Shown: positions 38,701 through 47,080 of the stretch, in pieces | Layout: each line of letters begins with the position of its first letter | How positions within the stretch are numbered: position 1 is the first letter of the stretch | Assembly: GCF_001194135.2 (NCBI RefSeq) | Contig: NC_068982.1 | Span: forward strand, 78,332,879-78,382,423 | Source of the DNA: Octopus bimaculoides | Taxonomy: Eukaryota | Length of the DNA: 49,545 nt | Direction: 5' to 3' | The notes under the pieces: generated by a model | The model's input: only the letters and a program-made list of their open reading frames with translations | Told to the model about the DNA's origin: nothing | Databases searched by the model: none | Program-made: the position numbers and the translations under genes

Positions 38701-39160
38701 CTTCTGCAAAAGCAAACCTCGCTCTATCGCAACATCTGGGTAATCATTTCCTCGTGTATACAAAACAGTGTCACAACAGCTGAACTCCTTTTACATACAC
38801 GCACACACAAAATCATCGTGCCTTTCTCTTTCCCCCCTCCCCACTCCTCCCCACTCATTGCCTCTTCTGTCACCTCCCAGTTTATATGACAGTTGGCAAG
38901 TCTGAAAAACACGTTTTTCGCCTCTCCTTGACTTTTTCACCCCGGATGGCGTGACTATTCACCTTCAAACCACCACCACCATCACCGAATACGGCAGCCG
39001 CCAGCACCACCAGTGCCTTTCTTCGTGAGTAAATAGAAAAATAACAAACCTGGCTTCCCAAGACGCCACCAACCTCACATATACATACCCCACCCGCTCT
39101 TCTTTCTAATCTAGACATGTGACAAGACAAGTCAGTTGTTCTTCGTCCAGTCTTTCCCAT
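11959..39160 (-). CDS. ZWINT: 12-exon gene, Zwint-1-like kinetochore protein (coiled coil + tandem RWD-like C-terminus), about 428 aa; 5' exons tentative
   Basis: Hand-spliced join of 39089-39160, 38702-38787, 37257-37295, 27687-27777, 26465-26573, 24907-24990, 23246-23310, 19588-19763, 18438-18612, 15990-16132, 12666-12825, 11959-12045 = 1287 nt with one open frame, GT-AG introns and matching phases. SKNLASQLEARLLLLKFLATKDKELLDPI resembles human ZWINT DKLLCSQLQVADFLQNILAQEDTAKGLDPL (recalled, not aligned). The gene is well supported; the family name is an inference. Confidence 0.6.
12200..12500. repeat. intronic minisatellite, about 10.5 units of 25-30 nt
   Basis: Consensus GTTGGGTMTCTTACCTAYAGACTGAA(GTAA), read unit by unit; lies in intron 11. 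Confidence 0.85.
12666..12825 (-). CDS. exon 11, RWD-like domain 2 (LPADWIQHLNRLRVIVGKNANIICTLQL...KGNIA)
   Basis: ttctattttatttag acceptor, GCG|gtgagt donor, phase 2/0. Confidence 0.9.
13814..14363. mobile_element. piggyBac-type MITE interrupted by a SINE
   Basis: TTAA|CCCTTTAGCATT ... AATACTAAAGGG|TTCA; the uninterrupted relative is at 35514-35720. Confidence 0.8.
13948..14324 (-). mobile_element. full-length tRNA-derived SINE family C with 12-bp TSD
   Basis: Head GTGGAGGCGCAATGGCCCAGTGG (A box)...GGTTTCGATTCC (B box); TSD CAAGCATTACAT at 13936-13947 and 14324-14335. Confidence 0.85.
15285..15504. mobile_element. Penelope-like inverted terminal repeat with hammerhead-like core
   Basis: Imperfect arms of about 80 bp; the minus strand of the left arm reads CTGATGA-ACGGTAACAT-GAAAC. 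Confidence 0.55.
15990..16132 (-). CDS. exon 10 (VNNSDVYITDCIEHVQKIQNLPSCVKNIIDRWHYYSSLKEQINDIQN-R)
   Basis: tttcttcttgccacaacag acceptor, AG|gtaaaa donor, phase 0/2; helical end of RWD1 and linker helix. Confidence 0.9.
17076..17312. mobile_element. pogo/Tigger-like MITE remnant
   Basis: cttatctgaaacctttgggatcaagcatgttttggaatcgagaatttttcagattttggaa resembles Tigger4/Zombi-type ends (from memory). Confidence 0.35.
18438..18612 (-). CDS. exon 9, start of RWD-like domain 1 (SQQLHQMYESFTGVSLQKYDKNSVQIEL...LLVTFFF...LVSEVQ)
   Basis: catctttacacag acceptor, CAG|gtaaat donor, phase 2/0; helix followed by alternating beta-strand pattern. Confidence 0.9.
19588..19763 (-). CDS. exon 8, coiled coil (LSKIETAKMM...QKLEKQLN-L)
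   Basis: ttgttgtgcag acceptor, TT|gtaggt donor, phase 0/2, heptad-like L/K/E/Q composition. Confidence 0.9.
22179..22547 (+). mobile_element. near full-length tRNA-derived SINE family B (most abundant repeat here)
   Basis: ggctgtgtggtaagaagcttgcttctcaaccacatggttctgggttcagtc head, internal (TG)n, shared tail. About 20 further full or partial copies, e.g. 9230-9590, 15515-15860, 17395-17757, 33440-34115, 40680-41130 (-) and 37458-37850, 47217-47795 (+). Confidence 0.85.
23246..23310 (-). CDS. exon 7 (FINLHEKMIILADKVTAVKAK)
   Basis: tttttctctcag acceptor, AAG|gtaaga donor, phase 1/0. Confidence 0.9.
24907..24990 (-). CDS. exon 6 (GTKLKELKELSENLAEKINNLIPELSQ-R)
   Basis: ttctattcaatttcag acceptor, A|gtaaat donor, phase 1/1, coiled-coil-like. 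Confidence 0.9.
26465..26573 (-). CDS. exon 5 (DKRSASKNLASQLEARLLLLKFLATKDKELLDPICY-D), Zwint-like N-terminal motif
   Basis: ttttgttgttcag acceptor, G|gtaaga donor, phase 0/1. Confidence 0.9.
26742..27070. mobile_element. hAT-type MITE with perfect 8-bp TSD
   Basis: TIRs CAGTGGTTCTCAAAC / GGTTGAGAACCCCTG; TSD AGTTAGAG at 26734-26741 and 27071-27078. Confidence 0.9.
27130..27320 (-). mobile_element. Penelope-like element end with degenerate minimal hammerhead
   Basis: Minus strand CTGTTGA-A-GAGC-gta-GCTC-GAAAC-GTC-aaa-GAC at about 27224-27259. Confidence 0.5.
27687..27777 (-). CDS. exon 4 (LINQLMSEELLFDELHADCGISNASVLEIK)
   Basis: ttttgtctttcag acceptor, AAG|gtaagc donor, phase 2/0. Confidence 0.88.
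32297..32679 (-). mobile_element. second full-length SINE family C copy, inserted in a (GATA)n tract
   Basis: Colinear with 13948-14324 along its whole length; flanked by agatagatag on both sides. Confidence 0.85.
35514..35720. mobile_element. piggyBac-type MITE
   Basis: TTAA|CCCTTTAGCATT ... AATGCTAAAGGG|TTGA, perfect 12-bp TIR. Confidence 0.85.
37257..37295 (-). CDS. exon 3, 39 nt (YLTSLCTPNRST-L)
   Basis: tcttccctgcag acceptor, CT|gtaagt donor, phase 2/2, matching exons 2 and 4. Confidence 0.65.
38702..38787 (-). CDS. putative exon 2 (EFSCCDTVLYTRGNDYPDVAIERGLLLQ-K)
   Basis: Strong donor AA|gtaagt in phase 2, open frame, joins exon 3. The acceptor (gtatgtaaaag) is weak. Confidence 0.55.
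39089..39160 (-). CDS. putative exon 1 (MGKTGRRTTDLSCHMSRLERRAGG)
   Basis: ATG at 39160, donor GGG|gtatgt in phase 0, which matches exon 2. An alternative phase-0 donor AAG|gtgaat near 38962 lies in the same ORF. Confidence 0.35.
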
Positions 39161-39620
39161 TTCAACTTTTAAATGGAAAAAGCAAGAAAAGAAAATAAGA
39201 GTTATGTCCCTTGTCTCTCACGTTGCGACCAATTCGTGTGTGTGTGTGTGTGACACGTCCGTAGAGAAACAAATGTTTCATGTCAATGTTGAATCACACA
39301 CACACATCGCCTTTCCACACAAAACTTAACAAACTCACGTCTCTCTCTCTCTCTCATCCTCCCCCACATACATACAGAGACACCCACTTCGTATCCTGTT
39401 ACTGACGTCGTTTGTGTCCATGACAAAAGCACTTCAATGTTTAACTCCAGTTATCATCATCTCTACACACAGACAGACATATTTACATCTGAAAAAGCAG
39501 ACTTCACCATTGGCTGGTTTAGTTTCATGGCTCTAAACGTTCACAGCAGTATAAAACTGTGACGAGTGTTCCGTTTCACTCGGCCCAGTAGGGAAAGTGA
39601 GCCTTGATCCAATGGTGGAT
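39161..39620 (-). promoter_or_regulatory. candidate promoter/5' region
   Basis: Locally richer in CpG; CCAAT boxes at 39229-39233, 39509-39513 and 39609-39613; TTTAAA at 39168-39173; TGACGTC near 39402. Short motifs only. Confidence 0.3.
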
Positions 39621-39767
39621 TTGTGCGTATGTTTCTCTAGCAGCAGAAATATAACAATATATAAACAGTTTTTATATTTCTGCTGCTTTTAAATAAAGTA
39701 TATTACTCTACCTCTGGTATTTGAGTACTCTTTTTTCCACCTTGTTGCACATTCATGTGCTTACTTC

Positions 39768-39826
<59 letters not shown>

Positions 39827-40045
39827 ATATAAATAATGAGGGTAGAAATTGATATCAATCAATTAACATCAATTTAAACCAGTGGTGTAGCATATTAAAA
39901 AAAAATCCGAAGATTTAAAAATTATATTACAATTTATAAGAGGAATGACCACTCTTATAAAGAACACACTCTGTGGTAAGGCGATTTGATGTCTATCTCT
40001 AGCATATAGGAATCCACTTTAGTGGTCATTCCTCTTATAAATTGT

Positions 40046-40081
<36 letters not shown>

Positions 40082-40934
40082 GATTCAAATGAATATGGTA
40101 CTTAAGTTGAGGCACCAGAATTTAGCATGGTATTATCCATACAATTTCAAAGGAAGGTGATTAAAATCAAAATAAACAAGGATATCCTTATTGCTTATTT
40201 TGATATATAATGATTTTTTTTTATATATATATAATGATTTTTTGGCTAATTTCTGGAAGAAAATGGGCATTTTTTTGTATTTGCTGCCGATAAGAAAACT
40301 GCACATGCATGGTAGATATGAAAAATTATAACACATAAGCACGAGGCATGTTTCTATGTATTGCCTTGTATTTATGTGTTAACTTTGGCTTTCCCGCTGA
40401 TGATAGCTGGCCTAGCAAATTATTTTATTTTGCTGAAAATAGCTTGAGACCTTGGTTCAGGAAATAAAAGGTAAATGTTTTTATTTTTCATTCCCTTTCG
40501 AAATTATCCCTAATTGTGGTTTGGAGTTTGACTGCTCCTTCTAGCGGATTCGATGTCCTATTATGGACATCTCTCATGTGTTTAAATGTACACAGTATGT
40601 ATGTATATATATATAGATGGCATAACAGCTGTATATATGTGCATTATACACACACAATATATTGTATATGTGTGTGTGATGTTTTATTTTTGACTTGTTC
40701 ATTTATTCGACTGTGGCCATGCTAGGGCACCAACTTGAAGAATTTTTAATCGACGACCTCAGTACTAATTTTTTTGTTAAGCTTGATACTTATTCTATCA
40801 TTCTCTTTTGCTGAACTGCTAAGTCACAGGGATGTAAACATACCAACACTGGTTGTTAAAAAGTACTGGGGGAGAAACAGAGACAAAGATACACACACAT
40901 AGGTATACAAGGTTAACATATCTGCTAATTTATA

Positions 40935-40975
<41 letters not shown>

Positions 40976-41311
40976 TGGGCTTCTTTCAGTTTTCATCCAC
41001 CAAATCCACTCACATGGCTTTGGTTGAACTGAGGCTATATTAAAAGACACTTGCCCACGGTGTCTTGCAATGGGACTGAACTTGGAACGGTGTAGTTGGG
41101 AAGCAAGCTTCTTATCACACAGCCCCATCCGTGTCTATAATATTATATATACTTTTCAGTTGAGTTTATCTCAGAACCAAGGTATGTGAAATCATCAATT
41201 TGATTTATGGGATCTCCGCTTGTGCTGGTAATTGTGAGCAAGGAATTTGGTTTTACTAGGATTAACAAGTAGTCCAACATTACGTGCAGCTAATTCTAGA
41301 CTATGAAGTAA

Positions 41312-41623
41312 TTAGGTGGAGGTTGATATGATGTCAAAGACCAAGGCTAAATCATTAGCATAGTCTACATTATTTATTTTTAGATTTGGATGTCCAATTG
41401 ATCTTCCTTTCATGAGTGTGAAACCAAGGCTGTTTAGATAGTCAAGTAATGCTCTGAGGAGATAATCCAGAATGATCACAAAAAGAAAAGGTATCAATAT
41501 GTCCCGCTGAAGTACTGCGGCTCTGATAGGAAAGAAACTTGTATCTCCATCTGGGGACCTTACCATTGATTTAGAGTTGTTATAGAACAATAATTGCAGC
41601 TGTTGTTTCTCCAGGGATACCAC
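41312..41623 (-). mobile_element. decayed LINE reverse transcriptase core (RTE-like)
   Basis: VRSPDGDTSFFPIRAAVLQRDILIPFLFVI (GVLQGD-type motif) and VDYANDLAL (YADD motif). Confidence 0.8.
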
Positions 41624-42529
41624 AGGCCAGTAGTATTTTTTCTATTTTACCACAGTGTATAGAGTCAAAATCATTAATGTAGCCCCTTATGTATCACTAT
41701 ATCTCTCTCTACACTGCTCCTACAATTGCACATACTTTCTGCTCTATTCTCCTTCTTGAGCCACTCTTGTATCTCCCACCTTACCCTTCTTCATGCTGGT
41801 ATTTCCCATCATCTGTACCCTCCTGATTTGTTAATCACTCACTACATTAACCTCTACTACCACCTGTTTACTATCAGAGCTCATCATATATAGAAGGGGG
41901 TTCTCAAAATATTTTCTGATTATAGGGAAAGATTTGACTAAGACTAATCCCAAATAACCCGTAAACTAGCATTCACTCTCAAAATACATTCAAATTGCAT
42001 CTAACCTCAAGATTTATATCATCATCATCATTTAACATGCTTGTATGGGTCAAACAATCCATTGAGGTAGATTTTATATGGTTAGATGCTCTTCTTGTCA
42101 CCAACACTCAACTGTTTCCAAGTAAGGTAAAATTTCCTCATGGCCAAACATGCTTTTCACAAAAGTCTGCAAACAAACAATATTTCTTGTATGACGATAA
42201 AGCTCATTTACAACCATCAAGTGAGGCTAGAGAAGCAAAGGTGCACATTTAGTACACACACTCAAACACGATAGGCTTGTTTCAGTTTACCAAATCCACT
42301 CATAAGGTTTTGTTGACCTGGGGTGATAGTAAAAGACACTTGCCCATGGTGCTGCACAGTGGAATTGAACCCAAGACCACATGGTTGGGAAGCACGCTTC
42401 TTACCCATACAGTTAAGCCTGTCTATACCTTACACTGGATATTGGAAAAGAGCTACCTGTATCATGACTGTTACTCAGAGCTCTGCGACCACTACAAAGG
42501 CTGTAAAACATGAAATGGGCAGCTGCAAT

Positions 42530-43155
42530 GGAGACTATGAAGACATGGCCAGTGGGAAGGGGTACAGCAGGCAACTTGACTGTGCCCACATGCTGGAATT
42601 TGTGCAACAACTGGTGAACAGGGCCTTAGTCTCAATTCAGGTGGCTATGTGAAGCTGCTAGACTGTGGCCAATCCCTAGCTGGAGAGAGTTGTTGCTGGA
42701 AGGTCATATGCAAGGCAGCAGGATTTGGTTCCTTGCCAAATCTCTGGAAAGATTTGGAAGTGGTTGTTGGAGAATTTCTACAATTTCACCAGCCCCAATC
42801 TCTGGCCTTTTAATTCACCTGACTGTGATCCAATGGTTTACTTACTATGTGTGGGGTGTGGTTGAGAAAGACACCAACCACTCTGCTTGCAACACCAAAA
42901 TCAAGCTGGTGGCCAAGATCAAGATGTTCGAAGATCTTCCCAAGATCATAGTGAGGAACACATACGCCAGGTTCCTGAGTCAACTTGAGGCCATAGTGGA
43001 AGCTGAAGACGGTTAATTTTTGAATAAACTATTATCTCCCAGCCATAATCTAGTTGATATTTTTGTTTGTTTTTTTAAAATACTTTTATTTTTGGAATGG
43101 ATATTATGTTTTCTTTTCCTTTTATGTAAGCTGTCAAATTTAGCCTAAACATTCT
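42530..43155 (+). mobile_element. decayed Tc1/mariner transposase 3' part
   Basis: YYVWGVVEKDTNHSACNTKIKLVAKIKMFEDLPK...RFLSQLEAIVEAEDG matches the DDE transposase C-terminal pattern. Confidence 0.7.
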
Positions 43156-44557
43156 GCATCATCATCACTTAGCATCCATTTTCCATGTGGGCATGGGTTA
43201 GATGGTTTGGCTGGAACTGGTAAGTTGGAGAGCTGCACCAGGCTCCAATCTGTTTTGGCTTGGTTTCTATAGTTGGATACCCTTCCTAATGCCAACCACT
43301 TTACAGAGTGTGCTGGGTGCCTTTAACATGTCACCACACATATTTATACATATACTTATATATATTATGTGTATACATATTTTTCCTTTTACCAGTTTCA
43401 GCCAGAGGCTGAGAACATGCTTGGACACTTTTAAATATATATAGTGCATGCATGGCTGTGTGGTCAGAATTTTGCTTCTCAACCATAAAATACCAGGTTC
43501 ATATTCAATGCATGGCACCTTGGGCAAGTGTCTTTTACTAAAACCTCAGGCCAACCAAAGCCTCATGAGTGGATTTGCTAGACAGAAACTGAAAGAAGCA
43601 TGTTGTGTGTGTGTGTGTGTGTATTTGTCTCTTAACCACCACTTGACAACCAGTGTTTACTTTTCAATTTGGCTGTAATTTTTAATCGATTGAATATTTA
43701 TTTTGGTTGCATTCTACATTGTGTAAATATTAGCTAATACTTAACTATTTGTTCTTAGTACACTACAACCATCACCACCATTGCCACTCCACCACCACCA
43801 CCACTATCACCAGCATCACAATCCAGCAGATCATATAACGAGCAAATAGCAAAGTGGTTGAATGATATTTCAACAAAGGCAGAAGAAGACAAAAGACAGA
43901 ATCTTGTGGCACCTTGAGCAAGGTGTCTTTTACTAAAACCTCAGGTCAACCAAAGCCTCGCGAGTGGATTTGCTAGACGGAAACTGAAAGAAGCCTGTCG
44001 TATATGTGTGTGTTTGTCCCTCTCCACCACTTGACAAGCAGTGTTGGTGTGTTTACATCCAAGTAGCTTAGCAGTTTGGCCAAATAGACTGACAGAATAA
44101 ATACTAGGCTAAAAAAAAAAATAAGTACTGGGGTCAATTCATTTGACTAAAATTTCTTCAAGGCAGTGCCCCAGCATGGCCACAATAAAATGACTGAAAT
44201 AAATAAATAAGATCAGTCATGTAATGACATGTGTTTTTTTTTTTCTCAGACTTTCTTTTCTTTCTCTTTGGACATTTTCCTCTTTCTGGCAAATAGCCAT
44301 GCTCAAAATATCTCCCACTCTACCACCACCACTCCTTTTATCCAACTTTCTCTGAACGTCAACCTAATACATTCACTGTGTATGTCCTTTTGACTTTTGT
44401 TGCTTTTCCTGTTTTTGTCTTTATTTTTGATTTGTCTATGTATGTATATATATTCATACATACATAAACTTGTATTGATGAGCACACACATAACTGAGAC
44501 CAGTTCAAGAAAACAATTGTTTGTTGATTAATGCTTTTGAACACAACTGTATATACA

Positions 44558-44561
<4 letters not shown>

Positions 44562-44605
<44 letters not shown>

Positions 44606-44711
44606 NNNNNNNNNNNNNNNNNNNNNNNNNNNNNNNNNNNNNNNNNNNNNNNNNNNNNNNNNNNNNNNNNNNNNNNNNNNNNNNNNNNNNNNNNNNNNNN
44701 NNNNNNNNNNN

Positions 44712-44748
<37 letters not shown>
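44562..44748. repeat. compound (AT)n / gap / (AC)n microsatellite; other long (AT)n at about 6552, 27110, 39771, 49493
   Basis: Directly visible dinucleotide tracts. Confidence 0.95.
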
Positions 44749-44749
<1 letters not shown>

Positions 44750-45129
44750 CATACAGGAAGTAAACAGACAAATTACTTTACAGAAACTAAGTTTTTTCTT
44801 CATATCCGGGAGATGAGTAATAATAAAGCAAAAGCTCACATTCTGTCCTGTACTACACACTGTTGTTACTGTTGTTAACAGGTTTTATCTGTGTAAACAG
44901 CAGCAATGTGTTTGCAGGCGGTCACAGAACGACAACTAAACAATGTTGATGTCTCATTTCTAAAGACCACACGCCAATCCAAGAAATTACAATACATATC
45001 TGCCACAGAACCTGACAACATTTACAAATTCACATGATGTCCCTTCCCATAGATCTTTGTCACACTTTGCCCTTTAATCTTGATAAAAACCATGTGTGTT
45101 TCTTTTCCATGTTCACATCTAAGAAAGAA

Positions 45130-45870
45130 GCACTAACTTATTTTCTTAGTCTTAGGTCCTCCTGTGCCATGTGGCAATTTCAGCTTCATCCCATGAAATG
45201 TCAATGGCTTTGAGGTCATCGATGAAGGTGTAGCACCAAGTTGCTTTTGGTCGCCCTTGTTTTCTCTTGCCATGCGGTGACTTCCACAGAATGGCAGTTT
45301 TCGCATGCTGTGACAATGCATGGAGGACATGGCCTGTGAATCGAAATGACAATGTCATAGAGTGGACGGCTATCAGTTCAGTGATATATCTCATCGTTGG
45401 TGATGTGGTCCTGGTATGATATTTGCAGTATCTGCTGGAGGCATTGGAGCTGAAATACATTGAGGCTTCACATGATCTTTGCTGATGTCTTCTATGTATC
45501 AAGTGTATTGCTGATAGTATGACAATCCACCATGTATATTGCTGATGGTATGATGATGCTGTTGAAGAGATCGCCTTGCCTGCCCAGACAAGTTTGAATC
45601 TTTAAAAGACAACCGAGGCCTTCCCAATCCAGCAGGCAACGTCGCGTTCGGTGTCCCTGTCGCTGGCCACGACGCTGCCCAAATAGGTGAACACATGAAC
45701 TTCTTCAATTTGGTGTTGTCCAATCATCAAGGGGATGCCATTGTTGTTCCCATCAACATATCCAATCCTCATGATCTTCATCTTGTTTGCACTTATGTGG
45801 AGTCCGATCTTGGCTGACTCCCATTCCAATCTCTCTGTCATTGTGCAAATGATATTCTTTGTCACTCATG
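45130..45870 (-). mobile_element. 5'-truncated RTE-clade LINE ORF2 fragment
   Basis: IGQHQIEEVHVFTYLGSVV...DVACWIGKASVVF; LRFTGHV...KRKQGRPKATW; several frameshifts. Confidence 0.85.
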
Positions 45871-45970
45871 CCTGGCCATGACGAAATATTAATTAGCTTG
45901 GAAACAAACGCCTAATTTAGTAGAACTTGTAACAAAGAATTGATTAAGGCTTAAAGGTCAAGAATCAGAC

Positions 45971-46170
45971 TTTAGGGTTACAGCTAAGGTCTAGGGTTAG
46001 TGCTGGGTTTAGGGTTAGGACTTGGTTAAGAGTTAGGGTAGTACTGGGTTTATGACTAGGGTTTAGGGTTGAACTTAAGGCTAAGGCTGGATTACAGTTA
46101 GGGGTTAGAGCTGGATTAAGGTTAGGGGTTAGGAGTGGGTTTAGAGTTAAGGATTAAGATTAAGCATTAA
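45971..46170 (+). repeat. degenerate TTAGGG-like array
   Basis: Six exact TTAGGG hexamers (45972, 46009, 46033, 46063, 46098, 46122) among variants such as CTAGGG, CTGGGT, TTAGAG and TTAAGG. Confidence 0.7.
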
Positions 46171-46644
46171 GCAGTGGAATGGTCACAGCTGAAAGCTGTA
46201 TTTGTATTGAATTTATTTTTGTTTTTGTACCTGACATGTATTTTTAGACAGATGCTTGACCAAGTTTAGTCAGAAATCAGATATAGGAAACATATGCACC
46301 ATGAAATGTGGTAACATCTGTCTTCAGCACAGGAAGTTTTCCTGTTTGTCTCACACTATATTTGTGCATCAGCAAACAGTGAGTGCATCTTGTGACCTCA
46401 CATGATGGCTCTTAGCAATAAATGAACTTACTGATTAAAAGCAATTCAGTTTCAACCTAAAGTAGATAAGATGTTCTAGTTTATTCAAGTGTCCCTTCCA
46501 TTCAGACAACTGTACAATACTTCCACCTGACAATCATATCAATCTAGTAACTAACTCCAGCAGCAGATAAGACTAACTTTAATAACCAGAGACATGCCCT
46601 ATCGAGAGCTGGTCTATCATCTTTGCTTTTCATTTGGTCCTCTC

Positions 46645-47080
46645 CTGGTCAGACCCAGGAAGACGTGGGACAAAGTAGTGAGAAAGGATCTTCAGAAGTT
46701 GGACCTCACAGAGGGAATGGCAGGAGACAAAGACTTCTGGTGGTTTGCTGTACTTGGGAAGATATGTCAAGCCAAGTAAAATCATGGTTGTCCTTGCATA
46801 CTGACGTGTCCCTTGCATCCCTCTCCGGCTGAGAGTTCCTAACCTTGTGAACTCATGGGTGCTTGTGCCACATAAATGCAACCGTGCCAGTGTTGTGTAA
46901 AAGCACCCAGTACACTCTGTAAAGTGGTTGGTATCAGGAAGGGCATCAAACTATAGAAAGCATGTGAAAACAGACATGGAGCTTGGGCAGCACTTTAGTT
47001 GGCCAGCTCCTGTTAAACCATCCAATCCATGCCAGCATAGAAAATGGACACTAAATGATGATGATGGTGGTGGTGGTGGT
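46645..47080 (+). mobile_element. RTE-clade LINE 3' end
   Basis: RPRKTWDKVVRKDLQKLDLTEGMAGDKDFWWFAVL followed by family 3'UTR and (GAT)n tail. Confidence 0.8.

Noticed and set aside
38886-39030. Possible plus-strand first exon ending at a gtgagt donor (39025)
   Set aside because: The ATG at 38886 reaches a stop after 22 codons (…SPRMA*), and I found no supported downstream exon.
44918-45037. Plus-strand acceptor followed by a 39-codon ORF (AVTERQLNN...YKFT*)
   Set aside because: No upstream partner exon and no recognisable similarity; compatible with chance.
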